The notes under the pieces: generated by a model
What the model was told of the DNA's origin: nothing
Seen by the model: the letters and a program-made list of their open reading frames with translations, nothing else
Databases searched by the model: none
Assembly: GCA_964460845.1 (NCBI GenBank)
Contig: CAYWRZ010000002.1
Span: forward strand, 17,835 to 81,834
Direction: 5' to 3'
DNA length: 64,000 nt
Source of the DNA: an uncultured Weeksellaceae bacterium
GTDB taxonomy: Bacteria; Bacteroidota; Bacteroidia; Flavobacteriales_D; UBA2798
Translations under genes and position numbers: made by a program
Shown here: positions 19,367 to 28,021 of the stretch, piece by piece
How positions within the stretch are numbered: the first letter of the stretch is position 1
Layout of the letters: each line of letters starts with the position of its first letter

Positions 19367-21943
19367 ATGACAGGGAGAATTTTTATGCTGGTCTTACTGC
19401 TGGGATGCCTGGGTAATTCCGGTTTTGCACAGGCTGTAATGCCTTTTGAATTAAAAGCGTATTTGCAGGAGTCGGGGCGAACGGAGCAGTCGGTACACCT
19501 CTTTCTGAAGGGCGACGGCGCGCAGATCAAAAGCTGGCTCGATGCGCGGGGAGGAGTGTTTCGCTATACTGCCGGAAATACACACGTGGTATGGGTATCG
19601 CCCGGCCTGATCCCCGAGTTGCTCGCGCAGCATTTTGTGCGTTCAGCCGGCTTCAGGCTGCACGAAGGTGTTGCTTTGAACGATACCATGCGGGTACGTA
19701 ACAATATAGATTCTGTACATGCCGGTTACGCGGCTCTTCATCGTGCTTATACGGGTAAGGGAGTAGTGGTGGGCATTATCGATACCGGAGTGGATTTTCT
19801 TCATCCTGATTTTCTCGATTCGGCCGGTAATACACGTGTATTGGCGGTATGGGATCAAAGTCTTCCCTCCGATCCGCAGCTTACTCCTGCGCTTTACGGA
19901 TACGGACAAGCCTGGGATAGCACCGCCATTCGTAACGGGCAATGTACGCAGGCCGACTATGCGGCGCACGGTACTACCGTGGCCGGCTGTGCCGCAGGTA
20001 ACGGTAACGCTACCGGTACACATAAAGGAGTAGCACCCGATGCCTCGCTGGTGGTGGTCAAAACGCATTTCGGGTTGCCCAATTGGACCGCTACGGTAGC
20101 CGATGCAGTCGATTATATTTACAGGATAGCCGATTCGCTCGGTATGCCCTGTGTGATTAATGCCAGTGTGGGTACTTACCTGGGCTCGCACGACGGACGC
20201 GATCCCGCCGCCCGTTATATAGACAGTCTTATTCGTGAAAAACCCGGTCGCCTGATGGTTTGTGCGGCTGGTAACTCCGGCAATTGGGGCAATTATCACC
20301 TTTCGTATCCCGTAACCAGCGATACCAGCTTTACCTGGTTTTCCTATTTGCCGGCGGGGCAGGGCGTTTTGCCGTACGACGCGGTATTTTTCGAGGCATG
20401 GGCCGATACCGCTGCCTTTAATCAGGTGCATATCGCAGTAGGAGCCGATTCCGATAGCCCCTATAGCTTTCGCGGAAGAACAGAGTTTTACCGGGTCGCC
20501 GATTTTCTGAATACGATCCATACCGATACCATTCGCAACAATGGAAATATCCTCGCGATAGTTGATTTTTATGCCGAGTTGCAGGATGATTTATACCTTC
20601 TTCAAGTACACCTTAAAGAACCCGATTCGAGCCAATACCGTTTTCGTTTTATGACCACAGGGCAGGGTACCTTCGACATTTGGTCCACTCCCACACTGGG
20701 GTACTCGGCCATGTTTTCCGCCGGTCTTCCTTCTGTCGCACAATTTCCCGACATGGTAAATTACCGGACTCCCGATTCCAGCAAGATACTCGTCAGCTCC
20801 TTTACCTGTCTCGAATCTGTAATTACAGTAGGGAATTATCACAATTACGTAAGCTATACCGATTATGCAGGTAATGTGCAGACTTTACCCGGCACTACCG
20901 GACAAATCTCTATTAATTCGAGCCGTGGGCCTACGCGCGATAATCGTCTCAAACCCGAAATATCAGCCAGCGGCGATCTGACAATGAGTGCCGGACCGCT
21001 CGCTTCACTGGCCTATATGCAGGTAAATGAACCCTGGAAGCTATCGCCCGACGGGATGCACATGCGTAACGGAGGTACCTCGATGGCTTCGCCTGTAGTA
21101 GCGGGAATAGGAGCGCTCCTGCTGGAGAAATGCCCGCAAAGCACATGGGCCGATTTTAGGCAGCACCTGATTGCTTCGGCAAAAAAAGATGTGTTTACAG
21201 GTCCCGATCCTTCTATTTCGTATGGTTATGGCAAAACGGACGCTTTCCGGATGCTTCTCGAAACACACTACACTCCACTTATTACCGGCGAGGTCAGTAT
21301 TTGCGAAGGAGCGCAAACAACCCTGGCAGTGAGTGGCAGCTATAGCTCTTACCTGTGGAATACCGGCGATACTACTTCGTCTATTGTAACCGCTTTGGCA
21401 GGTATTTATACCGTAGAAACCGTAAATCAGGCCGGATGTACAAGCGAAGTGGCCGAGGTTTCGGTGCAGGTACATCCGCTTCCTGCACGACCGGCTATCG
21501 ATGGTTCGGCGGCTCCGGTGCTCAGCACCCCTGCTGTGGCAGCGGCCTATCAATGGTTTGCCGATAATCAGCCTATTTCGGGCGCACAGCAGCACACTTA
21601 TACGGTCACATCTGCGGCATATTATCAGGTGAGCATAACCGATACGAACACTTGCAGTAACATTTCCGATTCGCTTTGGGTAAATGTATCGGCAATCGGA
21701 GAGCAGGAAGGGAGCGGGGGAGCTTTGTTGTTTCCCAATCCTTCTTCGGGTGTGTTTTATCTACAATTACCGGGTGAACAAAGCGGAGTGCTGCAAGTGT
21801 ACAACCTTCAGGGGCAGCTTGTCGCCACGCGGCATTTTACGCGTTCGGCTTTAATCGATTGGGATCCGGGGCTTGAGTCGGGCACTTACCTGTTGAAAGT
21901 CAATACTGGTGAGGCGGCGTATGTACTGCGGCTTGTGCGATAG
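19367..21943 (+). CDS. S8 (subtilisin-family) serine peptidase with T9SS C-terminal sorting domain
   Basis: Catalytic triad contexts GIIDTGVD, HGTTVAG and GGTSMASPVVAG. The C-terminus is LLFPNPSSGVFYLQL...GTYLLKVNTGEAAYVLRLVR. Confidence 0.9.
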   Translation: MTGRIFMLVLLLGCLGNSGFAQAVMPFELKAYLQESGRTEQSVHLFLKGDGAQIKSWLDARGGVFRYTAGNTHVVWVSPGLIPELLAQHFVRSAGFRLHEGVALNDTMRVRNNIDSVHAGYAALHRAYTGKGVVVGIIDTGVDFLHPDFLDSAGNTRVLAVWDQSLPSDPQLTPALYGYGQAWDSTAIRNGQCTQADYAAHGTTVAGCAAGNGNATGTHKGVAPDASLVVVKTHFGLPNWTATVADAVDYIYRIADSLGMPCVINASVGTYLGSHDGRDPAARYIDSLIREKPGRLMVCAAGNSGNWGNYHLSYPVTSDTSFTWFSYLPAGQGVLPYDAVFFEAWADTAAFNQVHIAVGADSDSPYSFRGRTEFYRVADFLNTIHTDTIRNNGNILAIVDFYAELQDDLYLLQVHLKEPDSSQYRFRFMTTGQGTFDIWSTPTLGYSAMFSAGLPSVAQFPDMVNYRTPDSSKILVSSFTCLESVITVGNYHNYVSYTDYAGNVQTLPGTTGQISINSSRGPTRDNRLKPEISASGDLTMSAGPLASLAYMQVNEPWKLSPDGMHMRNGGTSMASPVVAGIGALLLEKCPQSTWADFRQHLIASAKKDVFTGPDPSISYGYGKTDAFRMLLETHYTPLITGEVSICEGAQTTLAVSGSYSSYLWNTGDTTSSIVTALAGIYTVETVNQAGCTSEVAEVSVQVHPLPARPAIDGSAAPVLSTPAVAAAYQWFADNQPISGAQQHTYTVTSAAYYQVSITDTNTCSNISDSLWVNVSAIGEQEGSGGALLFPNPSSGVFYLQLPGEQSGVLQVYNLQGQLVATRHFTRSALIDWDPGLESGTYLLKVNTGEAAYVLRLVR

Positions 21944-21992
21944 CGTATAGCAGGCCATGCATGGGCTTGTAGGTAAAGCAACAGAAAAGATG

Positions 21993-22027
21993 TGAAAGAA
22001 AAAACCGCTCCTGTAAAGAAGCGGTTT
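21993..22027 (-). terminator. rho-independent terminator of ilvE
   Basis: 8-bp stem aaaccgct (22002-22009) / agcggttt (22020-22027). On the minus strand it is followed by TTTTTCTTTC. Confidence 0.6.
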
Positions 22028-22076
22028 ATCAAAAAAGAGTTTCGTTTTCGGGAAACCGATATAACAACGGAGGAGG

Positions 22077-23156
22077 TTAGCAGACGCGCTGTATCCAGTT
22101 GTGTTTATCTTCGATAAGGCCACGACGCAGTAGCTCAAGGTGCTCGCTCACCTTATTGGAGAAAACGCGGGTTTCGATATCGGGCAGCTCGTAGCGTTTG
22201 TTACGGTAACCGATAAGCTTGATGTGGGCGATGGTCGCAGCGGTACCTGTTCCGAAGGCTTCGGTCAGCGTGCCTTTTTTGAGTGCGCTGATCACTTCGT
22301 CCACGTGGATGCTGGTTTCTTCCACATTTAAACCCCAGTCGCGGGCGAGTGTGAGCACACTGCTCCGGGTAATACCGGGTAGAATAGTGCCGCTTGTGGG
22401 AGGAGTAAGCAGCTTGTCGCCAATCATGAACATGATGTTCATGGTACCCGACTCCTCAATGTATTTGTGTTCTTTGGCATCGGTCCATACTAATTGGTGA
22501 TAGCCTTCCTGCTGTCCCATACGGGCAGGGTAAAGCGCGCCGCCATAATTTCCGGCGGCCTTCGCTCTTCCTACACCACCCTCAAAAGCGCGGCTGTACA
22601 CCGTCTCGATTTTCACCTTTACCGGCTCCGAATAATAAGCCGATACCGGACAGGTAAAGATCATAAAACGGTAGGTTTCAGAAGGTTTAACGCCAATATA
22701 TTCGTCGGTAGCAAACATAAACGGACGAATATAAAGTGAGGCACCCGCCTGTGAAGGAATCCAATCGCGGTCAAGTTTGATGAGCTCTGTCAGTGCTTCC
22801 ATAAAGATGGCTTTGGGAAGCTGGGGCATACACATACGTTCGGCCGAGCTGTTCAATCGCTTGAAGTTTTCTTCCGGACGGAACAGGTAAACCTCACCTT
22901 TGTCGTTTTTGTAGGCTTTCATTCCCTCAAAAATGGCTTGCCCGTAGTGAAGCGCATGCGTAGCCGGACTCATGGGGATAGGCTGGTAAGGACTGATAAC
23001 CGGGTTTTGCCATTGACCGTTTACATAGTCTATACTGAACATGTGGTCGGCAAACTGACGGCCGAAAATGATATTGTTAAAATCGACTTCGTGGATTCTT
23101 GATTTTGGGGACTTCTCAATACGGATGGAAGATTGGGCGGTTTGTTCTGCAAACAT
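22077..23156 (-). CDS. ilvE: branched-chain amino acid aminotransferase
   Basis: 359 aa, class IV aminotransferase (HALHYGQAIFEGMKAY, GGVGRAKAAGNY, GITR). Confidence 0.9.
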   Translation of the reverse strand: MFAEQTAQSSIRIEKSPKSRIHEVDFNNIIFGRQFADHMFSIDYVNGQWQNPVISPYQPIPMSPATHALHYGQAIFEGMKAYKNDKGEVYLFRPEENFKRLNSSAERMCMPQLPKAIFMEALTELIKLDRDWIPSQAGASLYIRPFMFATDEYIGVKPSETYRFMIFTCPVSAYYSEPVKVKIETVYSRAFEGGVGRAKAAGNYGGALYPARMGQQEGYHQLVWTDAKEHKYIEESGTMNIMFMIGDKLLTPPTSGTILPGITRSSVLTLARDWGLNVEETSIHVDEVISALKKGTLTEAFGTGTAATIAHIKLIGYRNKRYELPDIETRVFSNKVSEHLELLRRGLIEDKHNWIQRVC

Positions 23157-23244
23157 TTATCGTTCTCCTGTTTAAATTCAACACTTCACGAATATAAGGA
23201 TTTTGAGCCGGGGACTAAAGAAAAACATAGCGTGCGGAAATTTT

Positions 23245-23252
23245 TAACTTTG
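23245..23252 (+). promoter_or_regulatory. -7 promoter box (TAACTTTG) upstream of recQ
   Basis: Perfect TAnnTTTG match. The motif ends at 23252 and the ATG is at 23273. Confidence 0.4.
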
Positions 23253-23272
23253 AAAAAACAGCCGTTTAACGG

Positions 23273-25192
23273 ATGAAACAAGATATACATCAGGTCTTAT
23301 TGCGTTATTGGGGATATACGGAATTCCGCTCCCTTCAGGAAGATATTATCCGTTCGGTAATGAAGGGAAAGGATACACTTGCCCTGATGCCTACCGGTGG
23401 TGGAAAATCAATCTGTTTTCAGGTACCGGCTATGGCTGGCGAAGGGCTTTGTCTGGTTATTTCTCCCCTAATCGCCCTGATGAAAGATCAGGTGAGCAAT
23501 CTTCGTAAAAGAGGAATTAATGCACAATGCATTGTCTCAGGGATGGACAAGCGGGAAATAGATATTGTGCTCGACAATTGTGTGTATGGTACGGTCAAAT
23601 TTCTTTACGTATCACCCGAAAGACTGGCTACGGCACTGTTTATCGAGCGGGTCAAAAAGATGAATGTATCGCTGATTGCCGTAGATGAAGCGCATTGTAT
23701 TTCCCAATGGGGTTACGACTTCAGACCTTCTTACCTTCAAATTGCGGGGTTGAGGGATTTGTTGCCTGAGGTGCCTGTACTGGCGCTCACCGCTACAGCT
23801 ACCCCCGAGGTGGCGCACGATATCACCGAAAAGCTTCGTTTTCAATCTCAAAATCAGGCTTTATATCAAAAAAGTTTTTCTCGAAATAACCTTTCATACA
23901 TAGTTGAAAAAGAAGAAGATAAGCAAGGTAGATTAATAAGAATATGTAAGCGTATTGAAGGTCAGGGAATAGTGTATTTGCGAAGCCGTAAACGCACCCG
24001 TGAATTGGCGACCTTCCTCAACCGACAGGGCATTTCGGCCGGGTTTTATCACGCAGGATTGCCTTCTGCCACCCGCGAAGCCGTGCAAAAAGAATGGGTA
24101 GAGGGGAAAATACGTATGATATGTGCGACCAACGCGTTTGGGATGGGTATCGATAAAGCCGATGTGAGAACGGTGGTGCATCTCGATGTGCCCGATTCGC
24201 CCGAAGCCTATTTTCAGGAAGCGGGCAGGGCCGGACGCGACGAGAAAAAAGCTTACGCCGTGCTGCTCTGGAACGGAGCCGATTTGCTAACCTTAGACGA
24301 ACAGCTTTCCCGTTCTTTTCCCGAGCCTGAACTCGTAAAACGAACCTATTTGGCCCTGGCCAATTATTACCAGTTGGCCGTAGGTTCAGGATTGGATGTT
24401 TCGTTCGATTTTGACTTGAGTGATTTTTGTACCCGTTTCAACCTTGTACCTTCGGTGGTATATAATTGCTTAAAGCTGCTGGAGCTTGATAATTACCTGC
24501 TGTTGTCAGATAGTTTACATCAGCCTTCACGTTTGCGTATTCTTGTAAGCGCTTCCGAACTTTATAATTTTCAGGTGGCCAACCGGGGTTTCGACCCGCT
24601 GCTAAATCTGCTTATTCGCTCGTACTCAGGTTTATTCGACGATTTTTCTATCGTTCGTGAAACGGAAATGGCCCGCCGCTTGCGTACTGAGCCGGAAATC
24701 ATTCAACAGCAATTGCGTGCGCTCGACGAAAGACAGGTGGTGGCTTATCTTCCGAAACAGGATACGCCGCGTATTACTTATATCCGCGAAAGGGTGGGCG
24801 ACGCTAATTTCAGACTTTCGCCCGAAGTATATGCCCATCGCAAAAAAGCCGCTACTACCCGTGTAGAAGCGATGAAACGCTATATAGAAGAAGAGCACCG
24901 CTGTAGGAGTCTGATGTTGCTGGCTTATTTTGGAGAAGAAAACAAATACCGTTGCGGAATTTGTGACTATTGTCTGGGCGAGAATAAACGTAGTCTGAGT
25001 AATCTTGATACCGAGTCTATCGCTTCCGAAATCAGGCAATTGCTCGAAAAGTCGCCCCATACGGCAAGGCAAGTGCTGGAGAGGCTCGATACCCACAGCG
25101 AAGAGAAGGTGCGCAAAGTTATCCGCTGGCTGCTCGACAAGGGCGATCTCGAAATGGGAACCGGGCAGCAGCTTTCCTGGAAAGGCACTTAA
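23273..25192 (+). CDS. recQ: RecQ-family ATP-dependent DNA helicase
   Basis: MPTGGGKS, DEAHCISQWGYDFRPSY, helicase C motifs, and the zinc module CRSLMLLAYFGEE..YRCGICDYC. Confidence 0.9.
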   Translation: MKQDIHQVLLRYWGYTEFRSLQEDIIRSVMKGKDTLALMPTGGGKSICFQVPAMAGEGLCLVISPLIALMKDQVSNLRKRGINAQCIVSGMDKREIDIVLDNCVYGTVKFLYVSPERLATALFIERVKKMNVSLIAVDEAHCISQWGYDFRPSYLQIAGLRDLLPEVPVLALTATATPEVAHDITEKLRFQSQNQALYQKSFSRNNLSYIVEKEEDKQGRLIRICKRIEGQGIVYLRSRKRTRELATFLNRQGISAGFYHAGLPSATREAVQKEWVEGKIRMICATNAFGMGIDKADVRTVVHLDVPDSPEAYFQEAGRAGRDEKKAYAVLLWNGADLLTLDEQLSRSFPEPELVKRTYLALANYYQLAVGSGLDVSFDFDLSDFCTRFNLVPSVVYNCLKLLELDNYLLLSDSLHQPSRLRILVSASELYNFQVANRGFDPLLNLLIRSYSGLFDDFSIVRETEMARRLRTEPEIIQQQLRALDERQVVAYLPKQDTPRITYIRERVGDANFRLSPEVYAHRKKAATTRVEAMKRYIEEEHRCRSLMLLAYFGEENKYRCGICDYCLGENKRSLSNLDTESIASEIRQLLEKSPHTARQVLERLDTHSEEKVRKVIRWLLDKGDLEMGTGQQLSWKGT

Positions 25193-25247
25193 ACTCCTTT
25201 ATCTAAAAAAATCGCATATTTGCGGCAGAAACCAATGCATAGAATTT

Positions 25248-26063
25248 ATGGCTAACAACTTACTCAAAGGCAAAAAAGGTATCGTTTTCGGCGCGCTTAA
25301 CGACATGTCTATCGCATGGAAAGTAGCGGAAAAAGCGTATGAGCAGGGTGCCGAGCTGGTGCTGACCAATGCCCCTATTGCCATGCGCATGGGCGAAATC
25401 AATAACCTTGCAGCCCGTTGCGGAAATGCCCCCGTAATTCCGGCCGATGCCACTTCGGTAGAAGATCTGGAAAACCTTTTCAAACAGGCTACCGACAAGT
25501 TTGGCGGGAAAGTTGACTTTGTGCTGCACTCGATCGGAATGTCGCCCAACGTGCGCAAAGGACGTCACTATACTGATCTGAGCTACGAATTTTATCAGAA
25601 AACGCTCGACGTATCGGCTTCCTCGCTGCACAAAACCCTGCAAACGGCCATGAAGCTCGATGCGCTCAACGAATGGGGCTCGGTCGTAGCATTGACTTAT
25701 ATCGCTGCGCAACGTATTTTCCCCGACTATAACGACATGGCCGATGCCAAATCGCTGCTCGAATCCATTGCCCGTAGCTTTGGCTACCACTACGGCATAA
25801 AGAAAAAAGTGCGCGTAAATACCATTTCTCAGTCGCCCACTTTAACTACCGCTGGCAGCGGAGTGAAAGGATTTGACGAATTCATCGCTTATTCAGACGC
25901 CATGAGTCCGCTCGGTAACGCCGATGCAGCCGCCTGCGCCGATTATTGCGTGAGTCTCTTCTCCGATTTGACCCGTTATGTGACCATGCAAAACCTGTTT
26001 CACGACGGTGGATTCTCCAATACCGGTGTTTCACAAGCCGTGATTGAAAAATTTTCCAAATAA
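25248..26063 (+). CDS. fabI: enoyl-[acyl-carrier-protein] reductase (NADH)
   Basis: MANNLLKGKKGIVFGALNDMSIAWKVA. SDR fold. I chose the internal ATG 25248 because the longer ORF from 25005 overlaps recQ. Confidence 0.9.
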   Translation: MANNLLKGKKGIVFGALNDMSIAWKVAEKAYEQGAELVLTNAPIAMRMGEINNLAARCGNAPVIPADATSVEDLENLFKQATDKFGGKVDFVLHSIGMSPNVRKGRHYTDLSYEFYQKTLDVSASSLHKTLQTAMKLDALNEWGSVVALTYIAAQRIFPDYNDMADAKSLLESIARSFGYHYGIKKKVRVNTISQSPTLTTAGSGVKGFDEFIAYSDAMSPLGNADAAACADYCVSLFSDLTRYVTMQNLFHDGGFSNTGVSQAVIEKFSK

Positions 26064-26117
26064 TTTTAAAAAATAAGATCTGACATAAATCACTGTTTTT
26101 TAGTGATTTAATCTTTA

Positions 26118-26146
26118 AAAGAGGCTTAACCAGCCTCTTTTTTTTG
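26118..26146 (+). terminator. rho-independent terminator after fabI
   Basis: aagaggct (26119-26126), loop taacc, agcctctt (26132-26139), with the T-run starting in the right arm and reaching 26145. A second hairpin, aaatcact/agtgattt at 26087-26109, precedes it. Confidence 0.8.
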
Positions 26147-26248
26147 ATCTTTATTTTGTTTTTTAGATGGTTTTTTAGTAACTATCAGACAGGTTATCCC
26201 GCTTTTAGAACTCGCGGGCCTGTATGTAATTTCTTAATATCATTTTAT

Positions 26249-27949
26249 ATGAAACGCTATTTTTATTCCCCGATGGCAGTTATTCTGCTGTGTGCAACGC
26301 CTTTTGTGGCAAGTGCACAAACCCCTAATCAGGTAGCTAAATACCTGACTTCTACCTCATTTATCAATTCACAGATTACCGACGACGGCACCAATGTGGG
26401 CGTGGGTATCATGACCCCGACCTATCACCTCGATGTAAAAGGTGATGTCAATACGTACGGCCGGTATCGGTTGAGCGGACTTAACGGGTTGTTTACCAAA
26501 GGTGATAATCTTTTCGGAGGGCCTTATTCGGGCGATACCTATACTACTTTAGGTGGACCCGCGAATCAAAATACGGCCTTTGGCGTTTATTCGGGAGCCA
26601 GTGTGAACAACGGAAGCTTTAACTCCTATTACGGTACCTACGCAGGTGCTAAAAACGACGGCGAACATAATGTATTTGTAGGTTACCGTTCAGGATTGAG
26701 CTCCGAATACGGTTCTTATAATACCTATGCCGGTAGTCTTTCGGGAGCTGTTTCAAAAGCTTCGGGCAATACTTCGATAGGCTATCGCGCAGGTTATCAG
26801 TGTCAAAGCGGGAAAAATGTATTCGTAGGATTTGATGCGGCATACAATCACCAGTATGGGGGTGGAAATACGATTATCGGATTTTCGGCCGGAGTAGCAG
26901 CTCAAAATCAGGAAGGCAATACATTTTTGGGTGTCGCTTCGGGAAGCAGTAACGTGAACAGCTACAACACTTTTTTGGGCGCTTCTTCGGGTACCTCGAA
27001 TTACAAAGGAGAATACAATACCGCATTGGGTGTGTCGGCCGGCGACAATAACGTGGACGGAAGCTACAATATTTACCTGGGTCCCCGATCGGGCACACAC
27101 GACCCGGATGTATTTGGTAGCATTGCACTGGGTGTCGAAACGCGTGTAAAACACAATTATCAGATGGTGGTAGGCGAATCAACGACCTATCCTATCAAAC
27201 AGGTGCTCTTTCCCACAACCGGCCATTTTCAGATTGGCGGTAGTGTGCTTGGAGGCCCCTATACGCTCGAAGTAAACGGTTCGATAGGAGGCATTTCGCT
27301 GTTTATCGTGTCGGATCAGACTTATAAGAAAAATGTGCAGGGTATCGAAAACGGAATGGATAAGATTATGAAACTTCGTCCCGTATCGTACGAATGGAAA
27401 ACCAGCGAATACCCCAAGCACAATTTTGCGGCACATCCAGGCAGTCACCTCGGTTTTCTGGCGCAGGAAGTGGAAAAAGTGATTCCTGAAGCTATTCATA
27501 AAGATGCCGAAGGACACTATATGTATTCGCCTGCCGATATGCTTCCGGTGGTGGTAAAAGCTTTGCAGGAATTACAGGCCGAGATGGCCGAAATGAAGAA
27601 AATACTCGATGCTTATACTTCTTCTTCGGGCGATAATACTTCTTCGCTCCAACCGCTGACCGAAATTCAGGTGGAGCTGAGCGATAAAAATGCAGTGGTG
27701 CTTCGGCAGAATGTGCCTAATCCTTTCGCAGAGCAAACAGCTATCGATTATGTGATTCCTGAAAATGCCGTTTCGGCTCAGGTGCTTTTTTACGAGGCTG
27801 GCGGTAAGCTGATTAAGGTGATAGAAATTAAGGAACGTGGAACCGGACGACTTAACATTTTTGCGGCTGATCTTTCCTCGGGTGCTTATACCTATACCCT
27901 TATTGTGGATAATAAAGTGGTAGAAACCAAAAGAATGGTTAAGCAATAA
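26249..27949 (+). CDS. tail-fibre-like repeat protein with S74 intramolecular-chaperone domain and T9SS C-terminal sorting domain
   Basis: Signal peptide MKRYFYSPMAVILLCATPFVASAQ. About a dozen approximately 14-residue xNTxxGxxAG repeats. S74-like SDQTYKKNV...LRPVSYEWK...LGFLAQEVEKVIPEA. CTD is LRQNVPNPFAEQTAIDYV...YTYTLIVDNKVVETKRMVKQ. Confidence 0.75.
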   Translation: MKRYFYSPMAVILLCATPFVASAQTPNQVAKYLTSTSFINSQITDDGTNVGVGIMTPTYHLDVKGDVNTYGRYRLSGLNGLFTKGDNLFGGPYSGDTYTTLGGPANQNTAFGVYSGASVNNGSFNSYYGTYAGAKNDGEHNVFVGYRSGLSSEYGSYNTYAGSLSGAVSKASGNTSIGYRAGYQCQSGKNVFVGFDAAYNHQYGGGNTIIGFSAGVAAQNQEGNTFLGVASGSSNVNSYNTFLGASSGTSNYKGEYNTALGVSAGDNNVDGSYNIYLGPRSGTHDPDVFGSIALGVETRVKHNYQMVVGESTTYPIKQVLFPTTGHFQIGGSVLGGPYTLEVNGSIGGISLFIVSDQTYKKNVQGIENGMDKIMKLRPVSYEWKTSEYPKHNFAAHPGSHLGFLAQEVEKVIPEAIHKDAEGHYMYSPADMLPVVVKALQELQAEMAEMKKILDAYTSSSGDNTSSLQPLTEIQVELSDKNAVVLRQNVPNPFAEQTAIDYVIPENAVSAQVLFYEAGGKLIKVIEIKERGTGRLNIFAADLSSGAYTYTLIVDNKVVETKRMVKQ

Positions 27950-27963
27950 ACCCCTGATTCAAC

Positions 27964-28001
27964 CTAAAAAAAAGGCCGTCTCGAAAGAGACGGCCTTTTT
28001 C
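27964..28001. terminator. bidirectional rho-independent terminator between convergent genes
   Basis: 12-bp perfect stem aaaggccgtctc / gagacggccttt with a GAAA loop. It has an A-run upstream and a T-run downstream. Confidence 0.85.
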
Positions 28002-28021
28002 AATTCTATACCTATTTACCT

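Noticed and set aside
25005-25247. N-terminal extension of the fabI ORF, giving a 352-aa version
   Set aside because: It overlaps the 3' end of recQ by 188 nt and translates to Arg/Cys/Ser-rich nonsense. The canonical FabI N-terminus begins at ATG 25248.
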